From positions 1 to 64,000 of the forward strand of contig NW_021833276.1 of NCBI RefSeq assembly GCF_006345805.1: a stretch of DNA of 64,000 bases, written 5' to 3'. The DNA comes from Octopus sinensis. Taxonomy: Eukaryota. Each line of letters begins with the position of its first letter. Position 1 is the stretch's first letter. Position numbers and translations under genes: made by a program. Positions 1-13,050 of this stretch are shown piece after piece. The notes below the pieces were generated by a model, which saw nothing but the letters and a program-made list of their open reading frames with translations, searched no databases and was not told the DNA's origin.

Positions 1-41
1 AAATACCTGTACATCATCTACAAACTTTCTATATATAATAC

Positions 42-107
<66 letters not shown>

Positions 108-240
108 TATTATATATATTATATTAAATATATATATATATGTATATATTAGAAAGTTGTAGATGATGTACAGGTATTTTATATTAGAAGAAATGAGGTA
201 CTCAGAAAGTCAGATGGTTTTATACTTACAGATATTTATT
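1..240. repeat. Two inverted copies of a repeat end flanking a (TA)n tract
   Basis: 1-30 (aaatacctgtacatcatctacaaactttct) is the reverse complement of 151-179 except for one indel; 31-150 is (TA)n. Confidence 0.75.
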
Positions 241-288
241 TGTATATTACATGTTTTTATACATCATATAACTTATATCATATATCAT

Positions 289-329
289 ACTAGCATTATG
301 ACCCATCGTTGCCGGGTCATAGTGCTAGT
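289..329. mobile_element. Short palindrome with CTAG termini, possibly a Helitron end remnant
   Basis: actagcattatgaccc-atcgttgcc-gggtcatagtgctagt; resembles a Helitron 3' hairpin plus CTAG. Confidence 0.4.
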
Positions 330-469
330 GCTTGTATATACGTGTATATATATATGTGTACATATTACATGTACATCTATATATATACATCTACACGCAA
401 AATACAAAATACAAAGTTATATCTTGATATCACTAGTGATAACAATACTCAAAATATATAATAGACTGG

Positions 470-1000
470 AATTGTAGGCCCGTCTCTTGCAATTTCGATC
501 AATTGTATCTTGTCCTCCCTCTTGTATAGAAGTGTGGCTACAATCCAGCCTACCTCTACTTCTGGGGGGGGGGCATTTTTAATTTTTATCCGGGACGTCC
601 TACGTCCCAGATATAAAGGTAAAAATAAAATATTTCCACTTTGCAAGGTTCGTGTCGAGTACTCCCTTGCATGCTCCGTTGACTCGAACCATGCTTTTTT
701 TGTGGCGAATTTACCGCCTCTGGTTAGATATCTTTCATAGCCGCACCAAGACACTTTTCGATGGTGCTTTCCTCCAGGTGTTCAAATCTTTTTTTTTCTC
801 TACATTGTGTACTTTATAGACAATAGTCTTTTCTTTAATTTAATTTTTTTATTCGTTCGTTGGTGGTATTATCTAGATTCCACGTTCTGTCGGTGATCAA
901 TCTGAAATAGGTTGGTATTTCTTCCATTTTAATTTTAATGAGTTCGCACCCCCCGACGGCTGCAGCGAAATCATTTTGGACTTTCTTTAATCGAAGGCAT
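470..1000 (-). pseudogene. Fragment of ORF1 from a diverged Tx1-like LINE
   Basis: ORF 449..754 (FESTEHAREYSTRTLQSGNILFLPLYLGRRTSRIKIKNAPP) aligns by eye with ORF1 of the LINE at 49609 (FHNQEEAKAHSTETLQNEELIMVPYYMGQRVSKITIKNAPP). An upstream frame gives KEKTIVYKV, matching ENKTIIYKI. Confidence 0.7.
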
Positions 1001-1639
1001 TCTAACAAAAATGCTTCCGTTATAAAACGTTAAAAATATTGTCAGTTTCCCAAACAGGGACACAATTCAATTTTAAAAAAAAAACCAAAAGCTCCTTTCT
1101 CCAAAGGGGGAGGGTTACAGTTTACAATTATTTAACAATTCAACACAACGTTTCCCTTACGAGGAACCAACAAACGTGATAACAATAGTTAAATAGTAAT
1201 AATAATAACAACAAACCTATGGTGAATCAAAAAGCAGTACGCAGTTGATTCTATAGTCATTTATGTATAAGAAATAAACCAACAGCAGTATTCAGTAGAA
1301 CCGGCTGTTCGAGAAAACAGACATTACATACAGCCAAACTTCATATAGATACTTAATGCTAGCTAATTAGCAGATAATCTAATGTAAAAGCCGTGGTAAA
1401 CGGTATGTGCAAACTCCATCTGGACTATTCCATTTCTGCACACTAATCTTATTCTTAATTTATTCCCATTCATGTGAAACCACTTATTCAAGTTCAAGTC
1501 ATTGATGCAATTTTATACCAATTCCTATTTTTACTTTTGTTATGTTACGATTATATTATACTTTAGTTTGATTTTAATTATTACTTACTACATATAATTC
1601 AATTGTTATTATTATCTCTAATTTTTATTGTTAAAGTGA

Positions 1640-1888
1640 AAGTGTCTGACATAAAATGGAGAAATGTTTTTGTTTCACTTTTAACACGTAATACTGAAAT
1701 AGTGGAGAAGATATAATATTGCTATGGGCTCGCCCTAGGCAAGAAGTTGAACTTTTTTTGCCCATGAAACTACATGGAGCCTAAGTAAGGCATGTGTAAA
1801 ATTTGAATGAAATTGGTTGTGTAGTTCTCAAGTTTTAGGGAAACACACAGACAGACAGACACACATTCTCAGTTTTACATATAGAGAG
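1640..1888 (-). mobile_element. 5' part of a non-autonomous Helitron-like element
   Basis: The minus strand starts tctctatatgtaaaactgagaatgtgtgtctgtctgtc, the same layout as the 5' end of the element at 26406. Confidence 0.5.
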
Positions 1889-1959
1889 TTATTAGCGCTT
1901 TCATCCATTCTGATGGATTTTTCAAATGAAACTAAGTTCGTGCGGAAAAATTCTGACCA

Positions 1960-2034
1960 TTTTATAGTGCTATTGAGTGAGTAGTGGTGGGAGGGGATAG
2001 AAGATAGTACTAGAGGGTGAAGAATGGGGAGAAA

Positions 2035-2072
<38 letters not shown>

Positions 2073-2450
2073 ATGTGTGTGTGTGCGTGTGTGTGCGTGT
2101 GTGTGTGCGTGTGTGCTTTTGTATCTGTAAGTAGTGTTAGAGAAAAAGAAGGGAAGGAAGAAAAATGAGAGAGGGAAGAAGAAAAAATTGTTTTGCTGGT
2201 TTCTTTTGTATTTGGTCAGGATGTTTATTCAAAGGGGAGTCGAAGATCTTGGGGAACAAGTTTGACCTTTTTATAGTGTTATTGAGTGTGTAGTGGTGGG
2301 GAGGGATATAAGATAGTACAAGAGGGTGATGAATAGGGAGAAAGTGAGAGAGAGCTTGTGTGTGTGCGTGTTTGTGTGTGTGTGTGTGTGTGTTTGTATC
2401 TGAAAGTAGAGTTAGAGAAAAAGAAGGGAAGGAAGAAAAGGAAGAGAGTG
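1960..2450 (+). repeat. Diverged tandem duplication, unit about 310 bp
   Basis: ttttatagtg(c/t)tattgagtg..gtagtggtggg..agatagtac..gagggtga..gaaagtg occurs at about 1960 and about 2269. Confidence 0.75.
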
Positions 2451-2689
2451 TGCATGTGCGTGTGTGTGTGTTTATGTGCGCGCGTGTGTGGTGCGTGTGT
2501 TTGTGTCTTTGTATCTGAAAGATACAAAGGAGGACTGGTCAAGTTGTTAAGAGTAATCAGTGCCACTTTTGTTTTTATTTTTTTGCAACTGCAAATGGGT
2601 TTTGGTCTTTAGGAATTGGCCATTTCAAAAAAGAATTGTCTGGATTTCTTTTTATTATTGTTTTATGAGAGTGTGTGGGGGGGGGGGAG

Positions 2690-3120
2690 TGCGTGGGGTG
2701 CCTAGGAGTCTGGCAGGGGTGTCGTTGGAGAAGGAAAGAAAGAAGAAAAAAGGAAGAAGAAACAATTGTGTTGATATTTATATCACCACTCAGTTCCTTC
2801 AGTCCAATGTTTGAGTACAAAAACAGGTTTGTTTTATTCACACTTTAAACGTCAATTTGCTTTGGTGATTAACAAGAATGTAGAGCAATGTACAGTGTAC
2901 TTACTAAATGCTACACTATGTTTGTTGAATTATAAATTGAAAGATTTGTCTTTCATTGTATGATAAGCAAAATTTCATAAGGTCCATACTTGAAAAAGAG
3001 AATTAAGTTTTATCATAAAGAAGCAACTGGTTCTACAAATTAAAGTAAAATGGTTTCATTCAAATATTAGAGTATACTTTGTTCAATGTTGTATTTTCAA
3101 AAACCAAAACATACGTGTAG

Positions 3121-3172
<52 letters not shown>

Positions 3173-3755
3173 CTGTGTGGGGGTGCTTGTGAATCTGGAA
3201 GCGGTGTCGTTGGAGAAGGAAAGAAAGAAGAAAAGAGGAAGAAGAAATAATTGTGTTGATATTTATATCACTATTCAGTTCTTTCAATCCAATGTTTGAT
3301 TCCTGTGCTTACATGGGATGGAAAATCTGGATTACAAAAACAGGTTTGTTTTATTCACATTTTAAAAGTCAATTTGCTTTGGTGATCAACAAGAATATAG
3401 AGTAATATACAGTGTACTAAATGCTACACTATGTTTGTTAAATTATAAATTGAAAGATTTGTCCTTCAATGTATGATGAGCAAAATTTCATACGGTCCAT
3501 ACTTGAAAAAGAGACTTTTTGTGTTGAAGTTACAGATGACAGAATACAAACTGACAACCACTGAGTCTGTTGTCTGATCTTCAATTGATTTAGTCTAATA
3601 TCTCACTGATTGACAGCTAATAAATATTAAGTTTATCATACTGGAGCAACTGGTTCCACAAATTAAAGTAAAATAGTTTCATTCAAATATTAGAATATCC
3701 TTTGTTCAATGTTGTATTTTCAAAAGCCAAAACATATGTGTAGAACTGTGTGTGC
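2690..3755 (+). repeat. Diverged tandem duplication, unit about 480-600 bp
   Basis: ggtgtcgttggagaaggaaagaaagaagaaaa...caaaaacaggtttgttttattcaca...gtgtagaactgtgtgtg is repeated at about 2690-3130 and 3175-3755; the second copy has insertions. Confidence 0.8.
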
Positions 3756-3807
3756 TTAATACAATTTACTTTACAAATTTTGTCCTTCATCTGGCAACAG
3801 CATATAG

Positions 3808-3882
<75 letters not shown>

Positions 3883-3994
3883 GTATGGTAGATGAGTCAG
3901 CAAGTGTTTTGTTTCAGATGAATATGGTACGTAAGTTGAGGCACCAGGTTAGTACGGTATTATCCATACAATTTCAAAGTGAGGTGACTAAAAT

Positions 3995-4353
3995 TAAAAT
4001 AGCAACAAGGATATCCAGAGGTAATGCAGTACGATATTTCATGCAACTCTATTTTATTGAATAATGCAATCATATACACATCAATTTAAAATGCAGAGCA
4101 ATCCTCAGCTGCACAAAGACATGGAATTAATTAAATTAGAACAGATGGACAAATTAGTATAATTATACCTGGATATTTTAGGTATAATTATACTAATGTG
4201 TCTATCTTTTCTAATTTAATTAAATTCTATGTCTTTGTGCAGCTGAGAATTGCTCTACATTTTAAATTGATTAATGATTGCATTGTTCAATTAAATGGAG
4301 TTACATGAAACGGTCGTACTGCATTACCTCTAGATATCCTTTTTGCTTATTTT
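3995..4353. mobile_element. Head-to-head inverted pair of Penelope-type pLTR-like units, each with a decayed hammerhead ribozyme
   Basis: Imperfect palindrome centred near 4175. Minus strand 4025-4113: tgcag-CTGAGGA-long helix II-GAAA-tatcg-TA-ctgca. Plus strand 4238-4323: tgcag-CTGAGAA-...-GAAA-cggtcg-TA-ctgca. Confidence 0.7.
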
Positions 4354-4532
4354 GATATATATATATGTGTGTGTATGTGTAAAGAGAATATACATGTATA
4401 TATACGTATGTGTGTGCATAAATATATATGTGTAAATGTGTGTATGTATATGTATATATATATATATTCTCTTTACACGCACACACACACACCACACACA
4501 CATATATATGCATGTTAAGAGAATACATATAC

Positions 4533-4848
4533 TCTTTTATTCTTTTATTTGTTTGAGTGATTTGACTGCGGCCATGCTGGAGCACCACCTTTAGTTGAAC
4601 AAGTCGACCCCAGGACTTATTCTTTGTAAGCCTAGTACTTATCCTATCGGTCTCTTTTATCGAACCGTTAAGCTACGTGGATGTGAACACACCAAAAATG
4701 GTTGTCAAGCAATGATGAGGGGACAAACACAGACACATAAACATACCTCCCTCACACACACACACACACACACACATAAATATATATATATATATATATA
4801 TAACGGGCTTTTTTCAGTTTCCGTCTACCAAATCCATTCATAAGGCTT
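4533..4848 (-). mobile_element. tRNA-derived SINE, family 1 (5'-truncated)
   Basis: Collinear with the full-length copy at 27864-28272 (tgactgcggccatgctggagcacc...tcagtttccgtctaccaaatcca). Confidence 0.8.
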
Positions 4849-5927
4849 AAAAAGAAAATAAGTCCTAAAGCAGATTATTTCGGCCAAAAATCCTCAGGGC
4901 AGTGCCTAAGCATCGCCACAGTTTAATGACTGAAACAAATAGAATATATATATAATTACTTTCACTTTAATTATTAATTACTCCCCTTTGGAATCCAACG
5001 AACAACATTCTGGGTAGGAAATGCGCCGGTGTTTTAGGTTCCAATGCACCCATTAATACGAATGCCCGCCTCCAAATTCCTCTGAATCTATCCATTCAAC
5101 CGAACCGTCTCCTTGTCAGTGATAGACGGTGCATTCGCTTCTCTGTATCACATGCATGTTTGTGAGCTGGGTACCTGTTAAGCTTGACATTATCCCGTCC
5201 ACGGTCACTCGACAACAAACTTTTTCCTCATACCAGCTCCCTACTATATGGAATAAATCAAATAAGGTCCACCCACCAATTCACACCGAGCTCCCTCCTT
5301 CTACTGGCACACTTCTCTAACCCATATCTCTCATTTACTATGATTAAACTTCTCATCCGTTTTATATCCGCCTTTCCTTGAACACTTCGAAGAGACAAAG
5401 CTAGAAGTCAAATTTCCCCCCACTCCTTACGATAAAAGAACTTATTGACATTCAATAAAGTATTGTCAAACACTTAGGTCATTGTTTTAGGTATTTTACC
5501 TCTCCCCTGACTCTCAATATATATATATATTCTGGTTGGTGCGAGGTTGTCATCCATTACCGCTAGGGTTGAGCTAATGTCGGTCAACCAAACTATAAAC
5601 GCACGCACACACGCAGCAGTATTTAAGACGATAACATTACATTTGTTTTTGTCTTAATCAAGTATATCATCATCATCATCATCATCAACAGGACTTTATT
5701 TCGTTACGATCTCAGTCAGCTCTATCACCATTGACTTATTTCCAGCACTACCATAACCACGAGGGCGTTCAGCGTCATTACAACCGTCATCATCACAATC
5801 ACCATCATCACCATCTTCATGAGATGGTGAAGCAGCAGCAGCATCAGCAGCAGCAGCAGCACTGCAGCCAGCACCGACTTCATCATCATTTATAATCAAC
5901 ATCATTATCATTATCCTCATCATCGTC

Positions 5928-5959
<32 letters not shown>

Positions 5960-5997
5960 CTTGTTACTACTATTTCTCCCCATCCTTTCCTCCTCTC

Positions 5998-6031
<34 letters not shown>

Positions 6032-6046
6032 CACCACCAACAACAA

Positions 6047-6106
<60 letters not shown>

Positions 6107-6352
6107 ATTTTCTTCATCAACTCCTCCTCCACCTTCCTCCTTTTCTACTTATTCATATTCAGTTAGTTCTCTTTTGATTTAATATATTCTCTTTATTCAA
6201 TACGTACATACATACATACATACACATACAAACATACATACAAACATACATACATACATACATACACACATACAAACATACATCCATCCATCCATCCATC
6301 CATCCATCCATCCATACATACATACATACATACATATATATGTGTGTATATA

Positions 6353-6412
<60 letters not shown>

Positions 6413-6583
6413 GTGTGTGTGTGTATATGTGTGAGTACTTATTTTAGATATATTTGACAGTCTACTCCACATCGTTGTTCGGGTATCCGCATAAGTGGAA
6501 TCTGGACCGGATTGTGTGTACAGGCATCCAATCGTGTAAATTGCCACAATGAAGTCAAATCAAATAATCATATATTGGAGCTC

Positions 6584-6651
6584 TTTAACTGAGGAAGGTC
6601 TTACGTAATGGATGCCTTTACATTACGCAAACACGAAACGTACGTATTAAA
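6584..6651 (+). ncRNA. Type I hammerhead ribozyme motif with canonical core
   Basis: tttaa-CTGAGGA-[cgtaatg/cattacg helix II, base degenerate]-GAAA-cgtacg-TA-ttaaa; palindromic helix III and GUA cleavage triplet. Confidence 0.65.
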
Positions 6652-6754
6652 TGGTCTCTATTTGCTTTGATATTTTCATTATTATAATTTATAGGGCTCG
6701 ATGCCAGTATAAACTAACCGATCCACCTATGAGTATACTCTAGCAAATTTGGAA

Positions 6755-6912
6755 TAGCTGCGTGGTAAGAAGCTTGTCTAAAAACTATATGATTCCGGGT
6801 TCAGTCCCACTGCGTGGCAATTTGGGCAAGTGTCTTCTACTGTAGCTTCGAACCGACCAAAAGCCATGTGATTGGTATTGGTAGACGGAATCTGAAAGAA
6901 GCCTGACGTATA
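6755..6912 (+). mobile_element. SINE family 1, 5' head fragment
   Basis: gcgtggtaagaagcttg...ccgggttcagtcccactgcgtggc...ttgggcaagtgtcttct, with A- and B-box-like motifs. Confidence 0.7.
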
Positions 6913-7165
6913 CACTGCGTTTCAAATTATTAACGGCGTAACATTTTTTCGCTTGCAATAATAATTCTCTAAACGAGATATAAACAGTAACTGCTCCATA
7001 ACATAAGGGACATCAGCCATCTGAATGTGGCTAGGGACAGGGCAGGGCGGTGGGGGTGTTACTGATGCATTTAGCCCCAGGCGATCATCAACGTCACCAG
7101 GAGGGCTGACACCATCACGGTGTCCTCTAGCCTGCAAAGGGAGATCATTCCCCGAAGAAGCGGAT

Positions 7166-7216
7166 GCCACATACGGACCTAGGTTTCAAGGTATTTGCCT
7201 ATTATCAACGCATGGC
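7166..7216 (-). ncRNA. Type I hammerhead ribozyme, U3-A8 core variant (left arm)
   Basis: Reverse-complement copy of 7381-7431. Confidence 0.75.
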
Positions 7217-7380
7217 AGGCACCGCTCTCCGATGAATAACTCTCTGTGCAGGCTATATTTAAAGATTTTCACAGTAATACATCAGTAAATGTATTTACTG
7301 TGAAAATCTGTAAATGTATTTACTGTGAAAATCTTTAAATATAGCCTGCACAGAGAGTTATTCATCGGAGAGCGGTGCCT

Positions 7381-7431
7381 GCCATGCGTTGATAATAGGC
7401 AAATACCTTGAAACCTAGGTCCGTATGTGGC
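7381..7431 (+). ncRNA. Type I hammerhead ribozyme, U3-A8 core variant (right arm)
   Basis: gcc-atgcg-TTGATAA-t-agg-caaata-cct-t-GAAA-cctagg-TC-cgtat-gt-ggc: helix I atgcg/cgtat, palindromic helix III acctaggt, GUC site. Confidence 0.75.
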
Positions 7432-7743
7432 ATCCGCTTCTTCGGGGAATGATATCCCTTTGCAGGCTAGAGGACACCGTGATGGTGTCAGCCCTCCTGG
7501 TGACGTTGAGGATCGCCTGGGGCTAAATGCATCAGTAACACCCCCACCGCCCTGCCCTGTCCCTAGCCACATTCAGATTGGCTGATGTCCCTTATGTTAT
7601 TTTTTCGCTTATTTTATTTAAAAACTACTCGTTGGAATTCAACGGAATTTCCACAGAATGATAGCAACAGGTATATGCGCATGGTGTTTAAAAACGTAAA
7701 GTATAAACAAACTGCGGCCATTTCCATGATTTCCACGAACTTT

Positions 7744-8480
7744 CAGTGTTCCAAATTATTAACAAGTGGCCTAATAATCGTATAATTATAGGTCATAAAT
7801 GTGACTTAACTGCTCTAGAGAAATCTGGTATTACTTCTGAACTTACAAAAGGTAAATCAACAATATAAATATCTAAAAATCTAAAATGATTGGAAGATAC
7901 CCCCAAACTGTGAAAAAAATTGTTACAGCTCTTACGAAGAAACGTAAGAGAGCCGACAATGGTCAGCTGAGGGATGTTCGTCAACGTTCTTTGTCACGAA
8001 TTAAACTTGAGGCTGATAGTTGGAGCAAGGGATGGGTTGTAAATGGATGAGATCGTCACCAACGCTTGAGACGGCAACAAATGGAGGCATCATTATTTGG
8101 GTTAGCATTATTGGAGGAATTATGGTTGGTCCTTGGAAAATGCCAGGCGGTTTAAAATGACCGCGGATGCTTATATAGTCTTTCTGAGGGAACACCTTGA
8201 ACCTTGGTTAAAAAGCCAAAGGATCACCTTCAAGACAACCATAATATTCATGCAAGATAATGCGTCCTCACACTCAGCGAAGAAGACTACACAGTATCTG
8301 CAGCAATTAGGCTTCTGTGGATTTTAGAAGATGAAGGGGCCTACCTGTTACCTCAACTTAAACCCAATAAGAAACTTGTGGCGTATTCTAAAGCGACGAG
8401 TTTACGAGAATGGACGTCAATTTAGGAGGAAGGACGAACTTTGGTAGGTAATAGTGGATGTATCTCGTATAACATTAGTA
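7744..8480 (+). mobile_element. Decayed Tc1 (DD34E-type) transposon fragment
   Basis: KMTADAYIVFLREHLEPWLKSQ..IIFMQDNASSHSAKKT followed by LNP..NLWRILKRRVYENGRQF; a CAGTG-starting TIR-like sequence at 7744. Confidence 0.75.
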
Positions 8481-8589
8481 AAGATTCAGAAACCAGCATG
8501 TTCCGTGGACCATCACATTTTGACATTGAATATCTTGAAAACTATTAAAGACATAAAAACGCATCTGATATTTTCCGAAAACCTGCAAT

Positions 8590-9395
8590 TTCAAGTTTTT
8601 TTTTTTATGGAATATTCAAAAATGTTCAGTGTGGGCACCGTTTGTCACACGGCACACATCAAACCGATAGTCCAGTTATTGCCAAACGGGTTCCAGCATT
8701 GCGTTATCGATGGTTGCAACAGCTTCCGCGATTCGGGTCTTCAGTTCATCCTTGTCTTTTGGAAGGGGAGGCACATAGAAAGGACTGGTCCTTTCACAAA
8801 CGCCCAAAAAGAAATCGCAGTTTGTGAGATCTGAAGATCTGGGAGGCCAGGGCATGACAACGCGATCATCTCGCCCAGACCGTCCTATCCATCTGTCTGG
8901 CAATGTTGTGTTCAGATACTGTCTAACCTTGAGTCTCCAGTGCGGTGACGCCCCATCCTGTTGGAAAATGAAGTCCCTACTGGCTCTTCTGATCGATTTA
9001 CGGGGGCTCCGCTCGAAGGCAGTGTGAACTCGCTCAACCGTATCATCTGAAGTTGAGGGGCGTCCTGTTCTCTTAGCTGGGCACAAACACCCATCCTTCA
9101 TGAATTTACCATGCCATCTCAATATGGAATTCCTTTCTGGTGCCTCTTTTCGGAATTTTGTGCAAAATGCTCTTTGAACAAGTGTCTATGATTCAGATTT
9201 TCCAAATTCAAGGACACAAAACGCCTTTTCTGGTGAGTGAACGCCATTACTGGATCTGGAAAACATTTAAAATAATCATTAGTATTGCAAAAAAACCTAA
9301 GGAATTTAGCTTTAAAATGGTACCAGTTTTCTTACTACCAATCATAGTCCAGCAGATATGGGGACTTGAAATGTGCCCAAGACTTCTGGAACACC

Positions 9396-9400
<5 letters not shown>
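8590..9400 (-). mobile_element. Internally deleted Tc1/mariner element, rosa/Visitor (DD41D)-like
   Basis: RTGRPSTS..RSPRKSIRRAS is fused directly to FQQDGASPH..RWIGR..WPPRSSDLTNCDFFLG. The TIR-like end tacagggtgttccagaagtc abuts (TA)n at about 9400. Confidence 0.8.
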
Positions 9401-9450
<50 letters not shown>

Positions 9451-9458
9451 ATATATAT

Positions 9459-9496
<38 letters not shown>

Positions 9497-9555
9497 CGCA
9501 CACACACACACCACACACAACACCCATATATATATACATATATACATAGATAGAC

Positions 9556-9586
<31 letters not shown>

Positions 9587-10216
9587 CTCCAAGTATATAC
9601 ACATACACAGACATACATACAGACAGACACACAGACACATATCTCAAACATCTCAATCGTTTATTTTTCCTGATTCTGCAGTATTTTCAGCAAGTATTTC
9701 ATTTTAATTTTTTTCAAAAAACAAAACAAAAAAAACAATAAGTAGACTTTCCTCTGACAACAACAGAAATAAGAAAACTAATAACCACTACACCAACTAC
9801 TACTATTATAACTGTAATTTAATAACACCACTAACAAAAGCAACATTTTTGCTTTCTGTTTTGATTTTAATAATAACGGCTTTGTATATTATTAATGTTG
9901 ATGTCAGTGATGCTGACGTTCTAGCAAAAGCATCAGAATCGGTAGCGGTAGCAGCAGCAGCAGTGGGTGCAGCAGCAGCAGTACTAGTAGTTGAAATAAT
10001 GAAGCAGTTGTAGAATAGCTGTTTGTCAAATATGATGAGGTTATTGTTTCTAATAAACTAAGTAATGGTTACGGATTTTATAATAATGCCTTTGTTTGAC
10101 ACATATATGAACATGTACACGCAAGCACACACACATGTACATATACACATATTCAAATCTAGATATTAGTAGAGTGAGTAATATATATATATATATGCAT
10201 GTATTTATGTGTGTGT

Positions 10217-10308
<92 letters not shown>

Positions 10309-10628
10309 TATATATGTGTGTGTGCGTGTGTGTGATATATATATATATACATACTAACATACACATATATATATACATATGCATACCTATTATATATCTA
10401 TCATACAGACATGCACATACACACATATAAGCACATAATATTAAATGCTAGAAATACGAGATTAGAAAAACAGCCAACATATGATGAAGGGTTGTTCTTT
10501 ATATTGCTTGTTTTGTTTTCCATTTCTGTCTTTCGTTGTTCGAAAGAATAGTTCATGTTCCATGCACTCGTGCTTCGTACTTTTTTGATATACAAGTTTC
10601 ATAACGTCCTGTATTAACATATGCACAC

Positions 10629-10719
<91 letters not shown>

Positions 10720-10815
10720 ACATACATATTACGTATAGATGTAAGCATTACATATACACATGTGTATATGTGTATATGGTAACTGCGGGTCAATAGAGTA
10801 GAATTCAGAAAGGAT

Positions 10816-12054
10816 CTCCTTTCTGAATTCTACTCTATTGAGCCGCAGTTACAACAGCGCGGATTGTGACACAGACCACTCACTAATTAGAAGCAGGGTG
10901 AGGATTCTGCCTAAAAAAGTCCATCGCTCCAAGAAAGTGGGCCGACCACGCATCAACACCGCCAGAACTCGGACCCTACACCTGCGAAAATGTTTTGCTG
11001 CTTCTATCAAGGGTGCCCTCAGTAGCTGCCCCAACTCCTCTGCTGAAAGTAGGTGGGACTATATCAGGAAGCCTTGTATACGACATCAATAGATACTTTC
11101 GGCATGAGGAAAGGCAAAAACCCAGATTGGTTCAATGCTGGGCTCTCAGAGCTGGAGCCAGTTATCGAAGCAAAGCGTGCAGCTCTGGTGCATACAAGAG
11201 TGACTCTTCTACAAAGTCACTCGAAGAACTCAGAAAGGCACGAAATAAAACCAATGACAGCCAGACGCTGTGCAAAGGAGGTATTGGCAGGAATCTGTCA
11301 GAGTATCCAGTCAGCTGCTGCAGGGGCGACAACCGTGGGATGTATGCCGGTTTGAGAAGGCCCTCGGTCCATCCGCAACCAAGTCAGCCCCTCTGAAATC
11401 AACTACTGGAGATCTCATCAGGGATCAAGGCAAGCAAATGGATGGATGGGTGGAGCACTACCAGGATCTCTACTCACGAGAGACCACAGTGGCTGAGGCT
11501 GCAGTCGAGAGGGTCAAGATCTTGCCAGTCATGTGCGAACTTGACAGTCCGCCATCTATAGCAGAGCTCACCAAGGCTGTTGACTCCCTAGCAAGAAATA
11601 AGGCTCCGGGAAAAGGGACGGCATTCCCTCAGAGATCATCAAAGCCGGCAAAAAACACAATCCTGCTTCGGCACCTTCATGAGCTTCTGTGTCAGTGCTG
11701 GGAAGAGGGTACAGTCCCTCAGGATATGCGGGATGCCAACATCATTACGCTTTACAAAAAACAAGGTGACCGTGGTGATTGTAACAATTACCGTGGTATA
11801 TCCCTTCTAAGCACTGTTGGAAAGACCTTTGCCCGCGTTATCCTGGCCAGGCTACAACTACTTGCTTCTCGAATCTATCCGGAATCGCACGTGTGGCTTT
11901 ACGAAGAAAGAGAGCAGATCAACTATCGATATGATATTCTCCATCCGCCAACTTCAGGAGAAGTCCAGAGAGCAGAAAATGCCATTATATATGGCCTTCA
12001 TTGATCTAACAAAGGCTTTTGACTCGGTAAGCAGAACAGGCCTCTTCCTCCTGC
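10816..12054 (+). mobile_element. RTE-clade LINE fragment (end of APE endonuclease to RT N-half), frameshifted
   Basis: SADCDTDH, NKAPG, QDMRDANIITLYKKQGDRGDCNNYRGISLLSTVGK, RSTIDMIFSIRQLQEKSREQKMPLYMAFIDLTKAFDSVSR. Confidence 0.9.
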
Positions 12055-12095
<41 letters not shown>

Positions 12096-12606
12096 GTGTA
12101 TGTATATATATATATATATAATATATATATATATGATTGAACGCAAAACGGATTCTCTTTCAAGTAAGTTTTATATACACACATCACACACACACACACA
12201 CACTTAGCACACACACACACACATATAAATATATATATACTCTTCTACATGCATTGAGTACTTTTTCTCACGTTGTGAACACAAGCATATAAACGCGTAA
12301 CAAACCAGAAAGACATGTCCATGTTTTCTTATCTACAGACATCCCTTCATGGCATGTCAGCACTGGAGAATTAATTTTAACATTGCGATTATACCGCCCC
12401 CGCTTCTCAAATGAAGTTTTTTATGGCTACCATTTGGCAATTAAGACACATCCATAGAGGCAGAGACTCTCATACATACATACATACATACATACATACA
12501 TACATACATACATACATACATACATACATACATACATACATACATACATACATACATACATACATACATACATACATCATACATACATACATACATCATA
12601 CATACA

Positions 12607-13050
12607 TGAGAATGTCAGATATGGTGAACCAATAAATAAGGAAGATAATACCTCAAGAGCTTAAAGAGAATATGATCATCATCACTCTCAGCTTACGGCA
12701 GGCATATTATCCACAATACATTTGCAGTGCCTGTCATGTCGACGTTTGGTAGCTACAAGAACTGAATTAGAAAGATGTTCTAACAAGCTGTTCGGTGTGA
12801 CAAGGAATTCAATGGAGATGTAGACAGGCTATACTTCCCACACAAGGAAGGTGTCCGTGGTCTCAAATCTGTATTTATGTCAAATCTGTATTTATGTCAA
12901 GGACTAAAACATCTGCAGCAGAGGAAAGAGACCAGTAACCATCTTACTCAAGTTTGTGACCATGAAACTAACAGTATAATTAAGATAGCAAATGATCTTT
13001 AGAAGAGTTAAGAAACAAGAACTGACACGTCTTTTTAAAGAGCAATGGTA
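12607..13050 (+). mobile_element. Highly decayed R4/Dong-like non-LTR retrotransposon fragment
   Basis: About 12811-12872 translates to NGDVDRLYFPHKEGVRGLKSV, resembling the DVDRLYxPRKxGGRGL motif that follows the RT in the R4 clade. Confidence 0.5.

Larger units (their letters stand above)
6998..7600. mobile_element. Near-perfect ~600-bp palindrome: head-to-head pair of HHR-bearing non-coding units
   Basis: 6998-7280 is the reverse complement of about 7312-7600 with only a few differences (near-identical ORFs 7025+ and 7282-). The centre has a ~25-bp tandem duplication. Confidence 0.9.

Noticed and set aside
7025-7572. Duplicated small protein gene (near-identical 87- and 96-aa ORFs)
   Set aside because: The similarity is a by-product of the palindrome; there is no recognisable domain and the ORFs are antisense to the ribozymes.
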